This document shows, piece by piece, positions 42,501 to 56,700 of a stretch of DNA of 64,000 bases. This DNA is from Eledone cirrhosa (lineage: Eukaryota). Each line of letters begins with the position of its first letter. Position 1 is the first letter of the stretch. The notes beneath the pieces were generated by a model that was given only the letters and a program-made list of their open reading frames with translations, made no database searches and had not been told where the DNA came from. A program made the position numbers and the translations under genes. The stretch covers positions 415,834,001 through 415,898,000 of the forward strand of contig OZ024741.1 of assembly GCA_964016885.1 (NCBI GenBank), written 5' to 3'.

Positions 42501-45500
42501 GGGTCTCTATTATATTAACTGGGGGTCTCTGTTATATTAACTGGGGTATGTTATATTAACTAGGGTCTCTATTATATTAACTGGGGCTTCTATTATATTA
42601 ACTGGGGTCTCTGTTATATTAACTGGGGTCTCTGTTATATTAACTGGGGCCTCTGTTATATTAAGTGGGGTATGTTATATTAACTGGGGCCTCTGTTATA
42701 TTAACTGGGGTCTCTGTTATATTAACTGGGGTCTCTATTATATTAACTGGGGCTTCTATTATATTAAATGGGGTCTCTGTTATATTAACTGGGGTCTCTG
42801 TTATATTAACTGGGGCCTCTGTTATATTAAGTGCGGTATGTTATATTAACTGGGGCCTCTGTTATATTAACTGGGGTCTCTGTTATATTAACTGGGGTCT
42901 CTGTTATATTAACTAAGGCCTCTGTTATATTAAGTGGGGTATGTTATATTAACTGGGGCCTCTGTTATATTAACTGGGGCCTCTGTTATATTAACTGGGG
43001 TCTCTGTTATATTAAGTGGGGTATGTTATATTAACTGGGGCCTCTGTTATATTAACTGGGGCCTCTGTTATATTAAGTGAGGTATGTTATATTAACTGGG
43101 GTCTCTGTTATATTAACTGGGGTCTCTGTTATATTAACTGGGGCCTCTGTTATATTAAGTGGGGTATGTTATATTAACTGCGGCCTCTGTTATATTAACT
43201 GGGGTCTCTGTTATATTAACTGGGGTCTCTATTATATTAACTGGGGCTTCTATTATATTAACTGGGGCCTCTGTTATATTAACTGGGGCCTCTGTTATAT
43301 TAACTGGGGTCTCTGTTATATTAAGTGGGGTATGTTATATTAACTGGGGCCTCTGCTATATTAACTGGGGGCTCTGTTATATTAAGTGGGGTATGTTATA
43401 TTAACTGGGGTCTCCGTTATATTAACTGGGGCCTCTGTTATATTAACTGGGGCCTCTGTTATATTAAGTGGGGTATGTTATATTAACTGGGGTCTCTGTT
43501 ATATTAACTGGGGCCTCTGTTATATTAACTGGGGTATCTGTTATATTAACTGGGGACTCAATTATATTAACTGGGGCCTCTGTTATATTAACTGGGGTCT
43601 CTGTTATATTAACTGGGGCCTCTGTTATATTAAGCGGGGTATGTTATATTAACTGGGGTCTCTGTTATATTAAATGGCGTCTCTGTTATATTAACTGGGG
43701 CCTCTGTTATATTAACTGGGGTCTCTGTTATATTAACTGGGGTCTCTGTTATATTAACTGGGGTATGTTATATTAACTGGGGCCTCTGTTATATTAACTG
43801 GGGCCTCTATTATATTAACTGGGCCTCTGTTATATTAACTGGGGTCTCTGTTATATTAACTGGGGTCTCTGTTATATTAACTGGGGTCTTTGTTATATTA
43901 ACTGGGGCCTCTATTATATTAACTGGGGTCTGTTATGTTAATTGGGGCCTCTGTTATATCAAGTTGGGTATGTTATATTAACTGGGGTCTCTGTTATATT
44001 AACTGGGGCCTCTGTTATATTAACTGGGGCCTCTGTTATATTAACTGGGGGTCTCTGTTATATTAACTGGGGTCTCTGTAATATTAACTGGGGTCTCTGT
44101 TATATTAACTGGGGCCTCTGTTATATTAACTGGGGTCTGTTATCTTAACTGGGGTCTCTGTTATATTAACAGGGGCCTCTGTTGTATTAAATGGGGGCCT
44201 CTGTTATATTAACTGGCGTCTGTTATCTTAACTGGGGTCTCTGTTATAATAACTGGGGTCTCTGTTATATTAACTGGGGTATGTTATATTAACTGGGGTC
44301 TCTGTTATATTAACTGGGGTCTCTGATATATTAAGTGGGGTATCGTATATTAACTGGAGTCTCTGTTATATTAACTGGGGCCTCTATTATATTAGCTGGG
44401 GCCTCTGTTATATTAACTGGTGTCTCTTTTAGATTAACTGGGTTCAGTTATATTAACTGGGGTCTCTGTTATATTAACTGAGGTCTCTGTAATATTAACT
44501 GGGGCCTCCATTATATTAACTGGGATCTCTGTTATAATAACTGGGGTCTCTGTTATATTAACTGGGTCTCTGTTATATTAAATGGCGTCTGTTATATTAA
44601 CTGGGGTCTCTGTTATATTAACTGAGGTCTCTGTTATATTACCTGGGGCCTCTGTTATATTAACTGGGGTCTCTGTTATATTAACTGGGGCCTCTGTTAT
44701 ATTAACTGGGGTCTCTGTTATATTAACTGGGGCCTCAATTATATTAACTGGGGCCTCTGTTATATTAACTGGGGTCTCTGTTATATTAACTGGGGCCATT
44801 GTTATATTAACTTGGGTATGTTATATTAACTGGGGTCTCTATTATATTAACTGGGGTGTCTGTTATATTAACTGGGGCCTCTGTTATATTAACTGGGGCC
44901 TCTGTTATATTAAGTGGGGTATGTTATATTAACTGGGGCCTCTGTTATATTAACTGGGGTCTCTGTTATATTAACTGGGGTATGTTATATTAACTGGGGA
45001 CCCTGTTATATTAACAGGGGCCTCTATTATATTAACTGGGGTCTCTGTTATATTAACTGGGGTCTCTATTATATTAACTGGGGGTCTCTGTTATATTAAC
45101 TGGGGTATGTTATATTAACTAGGGTCTCTATTATATTAACTGGGGCTTCTATTATATTAACTGGGGTCTCTGTTATATTAACTGGGGTCTCTGTTATATT
45201 AACTGGGGCCTCTGTTATATTAAGTGGGGTATGTTATATTAACTGGGGCCTCTGTTATATTAACTGGGGCCTCTGTTATATTAAGTGAGGTATGTTATAT
45301 TAACTGGGGTCTCTGTTATATTAACTGGGGTCTCTGTTATATTAACTGGGGCCTCTGTTATATTAAGTGGGGTATGTTATATTAACTGCGGCCTCTGTTA
45401 TATTAACTGGGGTCTCTGTTATATTAACTGGGGTCTCTATTATATTAACTGGGGCTTCTATTATATTAACTGGGGCCTCTGTTATATTAACTGGGGCCTC

Positions 45501-48500
45501 TGTTATATTAACTGGGGTCTCTGTTATATTAAGTGGGGTATGTTATATTAACTGGGGCCTCTGCTATATTAACTGGGGGCTCTGTTATATTAAGTGGGGT
45601 ATGTTATATTAACTGGGGTCTCCGTTATATTAACTGGGGCCTCTGTTATATTAACTGGGGCCTCTGTTATATTAAGTGGGGTATGTTATATTAACTGGGG
45701 TCTCTGTTATATTAACTGGGGCCTCTGTTATATTAACTGGGGTATCTGTTATATTAACTGGGGACTCAATTATATTAACTGGGGCCTCTGTTATATTAAC
45801 TGGGGTCTCTGTTATATTAACTGGGGCCTCTGTTATATTAAGCGGGGTATGTTATATTAACTGGGGTCTCTGTTATATTAAATGGCGTCTCTGTTATATT
45901 AACTGGGGCCTCTGTTATATTAACTGGGGTCTCTGTTATATTAACTGGGGTCTCTGTTATATTAACTGGGGTATGTTATATTAACTGGGGCCTCTGTTAT
46001 ATTAACTGGGGCCTCTATTATATTAACTGGGCCTCTGTTATATTAACTGGGGTCTCTGTTATATTAACTGGGGTCTCTGTTATATTAACTGGGGTCTTTG
46101 TTATATTAACTGGGGCCTCTATTATATTAACTGGGGTCTGTTATGTTAATTGGGGCCTCTGTTATATCAAGTTGGGTATGTTATATTAACTGGGGTCTCT
46201 GTTATATTAACTGGGGCCTCTGTTATATTAACTGGGGCCTCTGTTATATTAACTGGGGGTCTCTGTTATATTAACTGGGGTCTCTGTAATATTAACTGGG
46301 GTCTCTGTTATATTAACTGGGGCCTCTGTTATATTAACTGGGGTCTGTTATCTTAACTGGGGTCTCTGTTATATTAACAGGGGCCTCTGTTGTATTAAAT
46401 GGGGGCCTCTGTTATATTAACTGGCGTCTGTTATCTTAACTGGGGTCTCTGTTATAATAACTGGGGTCTCTGTTATATTAACTGGGGTATGTTATATTAA
46501 CTGGGGTCTCTGTTATATTAACTGGGGTCTCTGATATATTAAGTGGGGTATCGTATATTAACTGGAGTCTCTGTTATATTAACTGGGGCCTCTATTATAT
46601 TAGCTGGGGCCTCTGTTATATTAACTGGTGTCTCTTTTAGATTAACTGGGTTCAGTTATATTAACTGGGGTCTCTGTTATATTAACTGAGGTCTCTGTAA
46701 TATTAACTGGGGCCTCCATTATATTAACTGGGATCTCTGTTATAATAACTGGGGTCTCTGTTATATTAACTGGGTCTCTGTTATATTAAATGGCGTCTGT
46801 TATATTAACTGGGGTCTCTGTTATATTAACTGAGGTCTCTGTTATATTACCTGGGGCCTCTGTTATATTAACTGGGGTCTCTGTTATATTAACTGGGGCC
46901 TCTGTTATATTAACTGGGGTCTCTGTTATATTAACTGGGGCCTCAATTATATTAACTGGGGCCTCTGTTATATTAACTGGGGTCTCTGTTATATTAACTG
47001 GGGCCATTGTTATATTAACTTGGGTATGTTATATTAACTGGGGTCTCTATTATATTAACTGGGGTGTCTGTTATATTAACTGGGGCCTCTGTTATATTAA
47101 CTGGGGCCTCTGTTATATTAAGTGGGGTATGTTATATTAACTGGGGCCTCTGTTATATTAACTGGGGTCTCTGTTATATTAACTGGGGTATGTTATATTA
47201 ACTGGGGACCCTGTTATATTAACAGGGGCCTCTATTATATTAACTGGGGTCTCTGTTATATTAACTGGGGTCTCTATTATATTAACTGGGGGTCTCTGTT
47301 ATATTAACTGGGGTATGTTATATTAACTAGGGTCTCTATTATATTAACTGGGGCTTCTATTATATTAACTGGGGTCTCTGTTATATTAACTGGGGTCTCT
47401 GTTATATTAACTGGGGCCTCTGTTATATTAAGTGGGGTATGTTATATTAACTGGGGCCTCTGTTATATTAACTGGGGTCTCTGTTATATTAACTGGGGTC
47501 TCTATTATATTAACTGGGGCTTCTATTATATTAAATGGGGTCTCTGTTATATTAACTGGGGTCTCTGTTATATTAACTGGGGCCTCTGTTATATTAAGTG
47601 CGGTATGTTATATTAACTGGGGCCTCTGTTATATTAACTGGGGTCTCTGTTATATTAACTGGGGTCTCTGTTATATTAACTAAGGCCTCTGTTATATTAA
47701 GTGGGGTATGTTATATTAACTGGGGCCTCTGTTATATTAACTGGGGCCTCTGTTATATTAACTGGGGTCTCTGTTATATTAAGTGGGGTATGTTATATTA
47801 ACTGGGGCCTCTGTTATATTAACTGGGGCCTCTGTTATATTAAGTGAGGTATGTTATATTAACTGGGGTCTCTGTTATATTAACTGGGGTCTCTGTTATA
47901 TTAACTGGGGCCTCTGTTATATTAAGTGGGGTATGTTATATTAACTGCGGCCTCTGTTATATTAACTGGGGTCTCTGTTATATTAACTGGGGTCTCTATT
48001 ATATTAACTGGGGCTTCTATTATATTAACTGGGGTCTCTGTTATATTAACTGGGGTCTCTGTTATATTAACTGGGGCCTCTGTTATATAAAGTGCGGTAT
48101 GTTATATTAACTGGGGCCTCTGTTACATTAACTGGGGTCTCTGTTATATTAACTGGGGTCTCTGTTATATTAACTGGGGTCTCTGTTATATTAACTGGGG
48201 TCTGTTATCTTAACTGAGGTCTCTGTTATATTAACTGGGGTCTGTTATATTAACTGGGGTCTCTGTTATATTAACTGGGGTCTGTTATCTTAACTGGGGT
48301 CTCTGTTATATTAACTGGGGTCTCTTTTATATTAACTGGGGTCTGTTATTAACTGGGGCCTCTATTATATTAACTGAGGTCTCTTTTATATTAACTGGGG
48401 CCTCTGTTATATTAACTGGGCTCTCTGTTATATTAACTGGGGTCTCTGTTATATTAACTGGGGTCTCTGTGATATTAACTGGGGTCTCTATTATATTATC

Positions 48501-50700
48501 TGGGGTCTCTGTTATATTAACTGGGGTCATTGTTATATTAACTTGGGTATGTTATATTAACTGGGGTCTCTATTATATTAGCTGGGGTCTCTGTTATATT
48601 AACTGGGGCCTCTGTTATATTAAGTGGGGTATGTTATATTAACTGGGGCCTCTGTTATATTAACTGGGGTCTCTGTTATATTAACTGGGTTATGTTATAT
48701 TAACTGGGGCCCCTGTTAAATTAACAGGGGCCTCTATTATATTAACTGGGGTCTCTGTTATATTAACTGACGTCTCTGTTATATTAACTGGGGTATGTTA
48801 TATTAACTGGGGTCTCTGTTATATTAACTGGGGTCTCTATTATATTAACTAGGGCTTCTATTATATTAACTGGGGTCTCTGTTATATTAACTGGGGTCTC
48901 TGTTATATTAACTGGGGCCTCTGTTATATTAAGTGGGGTATGTTATATTAACTGGGGCCTCTGTTATATTAACTGGGGTCTCTGTTATATTAACTGGGGT
49001 CTGTATAATATTAACTGGGGCTTCTATTATATTAACTGGGGTCTCTGTTATATTAACTGGGGTCTCTGTTATATTAACTGGGGCCTCTGTTATATTAAGT
49101 GGGGTATGTTATTTTAACTGGGGCCTCTGTTATATTAACTGGGGCCTCTGTTATATTAACTGGGGTCTCTGTTATATTAAGTGGGGTATGTTATATTAAC
49201 TGGGGCCTCTGCTATATTAACTGGGGCCTCTGTTATATTAAGTGGGGTATGTTATATTAACTGGGGTCTCCGTTATATTAACTGGGGCCTCTGTTATATT
49301 AACTGGGGCCTCTGTTATATTAAGTGGGGTATGTTATATTAACTGGGGTCTCTGTTATATTAACTGGGGCCTCTGTTATATTAACTGGGGTATCTGTTAT
49401 ATTAACTGGGGCCTCAATTATATTAACTGGGGCCTCTGTTATATTAACTGGGGTCTCTGTTATATTAACTGGGGCCTCTGTTATATTAAGTGGGGTATGT
49501 TATATTAACTGGGGTCTCTGTTATATTAAATGGCGTCTCTGTTATATTAACTGGGGCCTCTGTTATATTAACTGGGGTCTCTGTTATATTAACTGGGGTC
49601 TCTGTTATATTAACTGGGGTATGTTATATTAACTGGGGCCTCTGTTATATTAACTGGGGCCTCTATTGTATTAACTGGGGCCTCTGTTATATTAACTGGG
49701 GTCTCTGTTATATTAACTGGGGTCTCTGTTATATTAACTGGGGTCTTTGTTATATTAACTGGGGCCTCTATTATATTAACTGGGGTCTGTTATATTAATT
49801 GGGGCCTCTGTTATATCAAGTTGGGTATGTTATATTAACTGGGGTCTCTGTTATATTAACTGGGGCCTCTGTTATATTAACTGGGGCCTCTGTTATATTA
49901 ACTGGGGGTCTCTGTTATATTAACTGGGGTCTCTGTAATATTAACTGGGGTCTCTGTTATATTAACTGGGGCCTCTGTTATATTAACTGGGGTCTGTTAT
50001 CTTAACTGGAGTCTCTGTTATATTAACAGGGGTCTCTGTTATATTAACAGGGGCCTCTGTTGTATTAACTGGGGGCCTCTGTTATATTAACTGGCGTCTG
50101 TTATCTTAACTGGGGTCTCTGTTATAATAACTGGGGTCTCTGTTATATTAACTGGGGTATGTTATATTAACTGGGGTCTCTATTATATTAACTGGGGTCT
50201 CTGATATATTAAGTGGGGTATCGTATATTAACTGGAGTCTCTGTTATATTAACTGGGGCCTCTATTATATTAGCTGGGGCCTCTGTTATATTAACTGGTG
50301 TCTCTTTTAGATTAACTGGGTTCAGTTATATTAACTGGGGTCTCTGTTATATTAACTGAGGTCTCTGTAATATTAACTGGGGCCTCTATTATATTAACTG
50401 GGATCTCTGTTATAATAACTGGGGTCTCTGTTATATTAACTGGGTCTCTGTTATATTAAATGGCGTCTGTTATATTAACTGGGGTCTCTGTTATATTAAC
50501 TGAGGTCTCTGTTATATTACCTGGGGCCTCTGTTATATTAACTGGGGTCTCTGTTATATTAACTGGGGCCTCTGTTATATTAACTGGGGTCTCTGTTATA
50601 TTAACTGGGGCCTCAATTATATTAACTGGGGCCCCTGTTATATTAACTGGGGTCTCTGTTATATTAACTGGGGCCTCTGTTATATTAAGTGGGGTATGTT
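27600..50700 (+). repeat. Central higher-order repeat domain: eight copies of a 2.2-3.6 kb unit
   Basis: Diagnostic TTGGGGCCTCTGTTATATCAAGTTGGGTATG at 28964, 32308, 35011, 38578, 41446, 43942, 46150 and 49799 (spacings 3344, 2703, 3567, 2868, 2496, 2208, 3649). Each is followed by the same ordered rare variants (GGGGG unit, GTATCGTA, TTTTAGATTAAC). Confidence 0.92.
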
Positions 50701-53700
50701 ATATTAACTGGGGCCTCTGTTATATTAACTGGGGTCTCTGTTATATTAACTGGGGTCTCTATTATATTAACTGGGGCTTCTATTATATTAACTGGGGTCT
50801 CTGTCATATTAACTGGGGTCTCTGTTATATTAACTGGGGCCTCTGTTATATTAAGTGTGGTATGTTATATTAACTGGGGCCTCTGTTATATTAACTGGGG
50901 CCTCTGTTATATTAACTGGGGTCTCTGTTATATTAAGTGGGGTATGTTATATTAACTGGGGCCTCTGCTATATTAACTGGGGCCTCTGTTATATTAAGTG
51001 GGGTATGTTATATTAACTGGGGTCTCCGTTATATTAACTGGGGCCTCTGTTATATTAACTGGGGCCTCTGTTATATTAAGTGGGGTATGTTATATTAACT
51101 GGGGTCTCTGTTATATTAACTGGGGCCTCTGTTATATTAACTGGGGTCTCTGTTATATTAACTGGGGCCTCAATTATATTAACTGGGGCCTCTGTTATAT
51201 TAACTGTGGTCTCTGTTATATTAACTGGGGCCTCTGTTATATTAAGTGGGGTATGTTATATTAACTGGGGTCTCTGTTATATTAAATGGCGTCTCTGTTA
51301 TATTAACTGGGGTCTCTGTTATATTAACTGGGGTCTCTGTTATATTAACTGTGGTCTCTGTTATATTAACTGGGGTATGTTATATTAACTGGGGCCTCTG
51401 TTATATTAACTGGGGCCTCTATTATATTAACTGGGGCCTCTGTTATATTAACTGCGGTCTCTGTTATATTAACTGGGGTCTCTGTTATATTAACTGGGGT
51501 CTTTGTTATATTATCTGGGGCCTCTATGATATTAACTGGGGCCTCAATTATATTAACTGGGGCCTCTGTTATATTAACTGTGGTCTCTGTTATATTAACT
51601 GGGGCCTCTGTTATATTAAGTGGGGTATGTTATATTAACTGGGGTCTCTGTTATATTAAATGGCGTCTCTGTTATATTAACTGGGGCCTCTGTTATATTA
51701 ACTGGGGCCTCTGTTATATTAACTGGGGGTCTCTGTTATATTAACTGGGGTCTCTGTTATATTAACAGAGGCCTCTGTTGTATTAACTGGGGGCCTCTGT
51801 TATATTAACTGGCGTCTGTTATCTTAACTGGGGTCTCTGTTATAATAACTTGTTTCTCTGTTATATTAACTGGGGTATGTTATATTAACTGGGGTCTCTG
51901 TTATATTAACTGGGGTCTCTGTTATATTAACTGGGGTCTCTGTTATATTAACTGGGTTCTCTGTTATATTAACTGATGTCTGTTATTAAGTGGGGCCTCT
52001 ATTATATTAACTGAGGTCTCTGTTATATTAACTGGAGTCTCTGTTATATTAACTGGGTCTCCGTTATATTAAATGGCGTCTGTTATATTAACTGGGGTCT
52101 CTGTTATATTAACTGGGGTCTCTGTTATATTAACTGGGGCCTCTGTTATATTAACTGAGGTCTCTGTTATATTAACTGGGGTCTCTGTTATATTAACTGG
52201 GGCCTCTATTATATTAACTGGGGTCGCTGTTATATTAATTGGGGTCTCTGTTATATTAACTGGGGTCTCTGTTATATTAAATGGGGCCTCTATTATATTA
52301 ACTGGGGTCTCTGTTATATTAACTGGGGTCTCTGTTATATTAACTGGGGTCTCTGTTATATTAACTAGGGCCTCTATTATATTAACTGGGGCCTCTGTTA
52401 TATTAACTGGGGTCTCTGTTATATTAACTGGGTTCAGTTATATTAACTGGTGTCTCTGTTATATTAACTGAGGTCTGTTATCTTAACTGGGGTCTCTGTT
52501 ATATTAACTGGGTTCTCTGTTATATTAACTGGGGTCTGTTATTAACTGGGGCCTCTATTATGTTAACTGAGGTCTCTGTTATATTAACTGGAGTCTCTGT
52601 TATATTAACTGGGTCTCTGTTATATTAAATGGCGTCTGTTATATTAACTGGGGTCTCTGTTATATTAACTGGGGTCTCTGTTATATTAACTGAGGTCTCT
52701 GTTATATTAACTGAGGTCTCTGTTATATTAACTGGGGTCTCTGTTATATTAACTGGGGCCTCTATTATATTAACTGGGGTCGCTGTTATATTAAATGGGG
52801 TCTCTGTTATATTAACTGGGGTCTCTGTTATATTAAATGGGGCCTCTATTATATTAACTGGGGCCTCTGTTATATTAACTGGGGTCTCTGTTATATTAAC
52901 TGGGGTCTCTGTTATATTAACTAGGGCCTCTGTTATATTAACTGGGGTCTCTGTTATATTAACTGGGTTCAGTTATATTAACTGGGGCCTCTGTTATATT
53001 AACTGGGGCCTCTGTTATATTAACTGGAGTCTCTGTTATATTAACTGGGGTCTCTGTCATGTTAACTGGGGTATGTTATATTAACTGGGGCCTCTGTTAT
53101 ATTAACTGGGGCCTCTATTATAGTAACTGGAGCCTCTGTTATATTAACTGGGGTCTCTGTTATATTAACTGGGGTCTCTGTTATATTAACTGGGGTCTCT
53201 ATTATATTAACTGGGGTCTCTGTTATATTAACTGGGGTATGTTATATTAACTGGGGTCTCTGTTATATTAACTGGGGTCTCTGTTATATTAACTGGGGTA
53301 TCGTATATTAACTGGGGTCTCTGTTATATTAACTGGGGCCTCTATTATATTAGCTGGGGCCACTGTTATGTTAACTGGGGTCTCTGTTATAATAACTGGG
53401 TTCAGTTATATTAACTGGGGTCTCTGTTATATTAACTGAGGTCTCTGTAATATTAACTGGGGCCTCTATTATATTAACTGGGGTCTCTGTTATATTAACA
53501 GGGGTCTCTGTTATATTAACAGGGGTCTCTGTTATATTAACTGGGGTCTCTGTTATATTAACTGGGGTCTGTTATATTAACTGGGGTCTCTGTTATATTA
53601 ACTGGGGTCTCTGTTATATTAACTGGAGTATGTTATATTAACTGAGGTCTCTGTTATATTAACTGGGGTCTGTTATTAACTGGGGCCTCTATTATATTAA

Positions 53701-56700
53701 CTGAGGTCTCTGTTATATTAACTGGGGTCTGTTATTAACTGGGGCCTCTATTATATTAACTGAGGTCTCTGTTATATTAACTGGGGCCTCTATTATATTA
53801 ACTGGGGTCTCTATTATATTAACTGGGGTCTCTGTTATATTAACTGCTGTCTCTGTTATATTAACTGGGGTCTGTTATCTTAACTGAGGTCTCTGTTATA
53901 TTAACAGGGCTCTGTTATATTAACTGGTGTCTCTGTTATATTAACTGAGGTCTGTTATCTTAACTGGGGTCTCTGTTATATTAACTGGGTTCTCTGTTAT
54001 ATTAACTGGGGTCTGTTATTAACTGGGGCCTCTATTATATTAACTGAGGTCTCTGTTATATTAACTGGAGTCTCTGTTATATTAACTGGGTCTCTGTTAT
54101 ATTAAATGGCGTCTGTTATATTAACTGGGGTCTCTGTTATATTAACTGGGGTCTCTGTTATATTAACTGAGGTCTCTGTTATATTAACTGGGGTCTCTGT
54201 TATATTAACTGGGGCCTCTATTATATTAACTGGGGTCGCTGTTATATTAAATGGGGTCTCTGTTATTTTAACTGGGGTCTCTGTTATATTAAATGGAGCC
54301 ACTATTATATTAACTGGGGCCTCTGTTATATTAACTGGGGTCTCTGTTATATTAACTGGGGTCTCTGTTATATTAACTAGGGCCTCTATTATATTAACTG
54401 GGGCCTCTGTTATATTAACTGGGGTCTCTGTTATATTAACTGGGTTCAGTTATATTAACTGGGGCCTCTGTTATATTAACTGGGGCCTCTGTTATATTAA
54501 CTGGGGTCTCTGTTATATTAACTGGGGTCTCTGTCATGTTAACTGAGTATGTTATATTAACTGGGGCCTCTGTTATATTAACTGGGGCCTCTATTATAGT
54601 AACTGGGGCCTCTGTTATATTAACTGGGGTCTCTGTTATATTAACTGGGGTCTCTGTTATATTAACTGGGGTCTCTATTATATTAACTGGGGTCTCTGTT
54701 ATATTAACAGGGGTCTCTGTTATATTAACAGGGGTCTCTGTTATATTAACTGGGGTCTCTGTTATATTAACTGGGGTCTGTTATATTAACTGGGGTCTCT
54801 GTTATATTAACTGGGGTCTCTGTTATATTAACTGGGGTATGTTATATTAACTGGGGTCTCTGTTATATTAACTGGGGTCTCTGTTATATTAACTGGGGTA
54901 TCGTATATTAACTGGGGTCTCTGTTATATTAACTGGGGCCTCTATTATATTAGCTGGGGCCACTGTTATATTAACTGGGGTCTCTGTTATAATAACTGGG
55001 TTCAGTTATATTAACTGGGGTCTCTGTTATATTAACTGAGGTCTCTGTAATATTAACTGTGGCCTCTATTATATTAACTGGGGTCTCTGTTATATTAACT
55101 GGGGTCTCTGTTATATTAAATGGCGTCTGTTATATTAACTGGGGTCTCTGTTATATTAACTGAGGTCTCTGTTATATTAACTGGGGCCTCTGTTATATTA
55201 ACTGGGGTCTGTTATTAACTGGGGCCTCTATTATATTAACTGAGGTCTCTGTTATAATAACTGTGGTCTGTTATTAACTGGGGCCTCTATTATATTAACT
55301 GAGGTCGCTTTTATATTAACTGGGGTCTGTTATTAACTGGGGCCTCTATTATATTAACTGAGGTCTCTGTTATATTAACTGGGGTCTGTTATTAACTGGG
55401 GCCTCTATTATATTAACTGGGGTCTCTGTTATATTAACTGGGGTCTCTGTTATATTAACTGGGGTCTATTATATTAACTGGGGTCTCTGTTATATTAAGT
55501 GGGGTCTCTTTTATATTAACTGGGGTCTGTTATCTTAACTGAGGTCTCTGTTATATTAACTGGGCTATGTTATATTAACTGGGGTCTCTGTTATATTAAC
55601 TGAGGTCTGTTATCTTAACTGGGGTCTCTGTTATATTAACTGGGTTCTCTGTTATATTTTACTGGGGTCTGTTATTAACTGGGGCCTCTATTATATTAAC
55701 TGCGGTCTCTGTTATATTAACTGGAGTCTCTGTTATATTAACTGGGTCTCTGTTATATTAAATGGCGTCTGTTATATTAACTGGGGTCTCTGTTATATTA
55801 ACTGGGGTCTCTGTTATATTAACTGGGGCCTCTGTTATATTAACTGAGGTCTCTGTAATATTAACTGGGGTCTCTGTTATATTAACTGGGGCCTATATTA
55901 TATTAACTGGGGTCGCTGTTATATTAATTGGGGTCTCTGTTATATTAACTGGGGTCTCTGTTATATTAAATGGGGCCTCTATTATATTAACTGGGGCCTC
56001 TGTTATATTAACTGGGGTCTCTGTTATATTAAATGGGGTCTCTGTTATATTAACTAGGGCCTCTATTATATTAACTGAGGCCTCTGTTATATTAACTGGG
56101 GTCTCTGTTATATTAACTGGGTTCAGTTATATTAACTGGGGCCTCTGTTATATTAACTGGGGCCTCTGTTATATTAACTGGGGTCTCTGTAATATTAACT
56201 GGGGTCTCTGTCATGTTAACTGGGGTATGTTATATTAACTGGGACCTCTGTTATATTAACTGGGGCCTCTATTATAGTAACTGGGGCCTCTGTTATATTA
56301 ACTGGGGTCTCTGTTATATTAACTGGGTTCAGTTATATTAACTGGGGCCTCTGTTATATTAACTGGGGCCTCTATTATAGTAACTGGGGCCTCTGTTATA
56401 TTAACTGGGGTCTCTGTTATATTAACTGGGGTCTCTGTTATATTAACTGGGGTCTCTATTATATTAACTGGGGTCTCTGTTATATTAACAGGGGTCTCTG
56501 TTATATTAACTGGGGTCTCTGTTATATTAACTGGGGTCTCTGTTATATTAACTGGGGTCTCTGTTATATTAACTGGGGTATGTTATATTAACTGGGGTCT
56601 CTGTTATATTAACTGGGGTCTCTGTTATATTAACAGAGGTATCGTATATTAACTGGGGTCTCTGTTATATTAACTGGGGCCTCTATTATATTAGCTGGGG

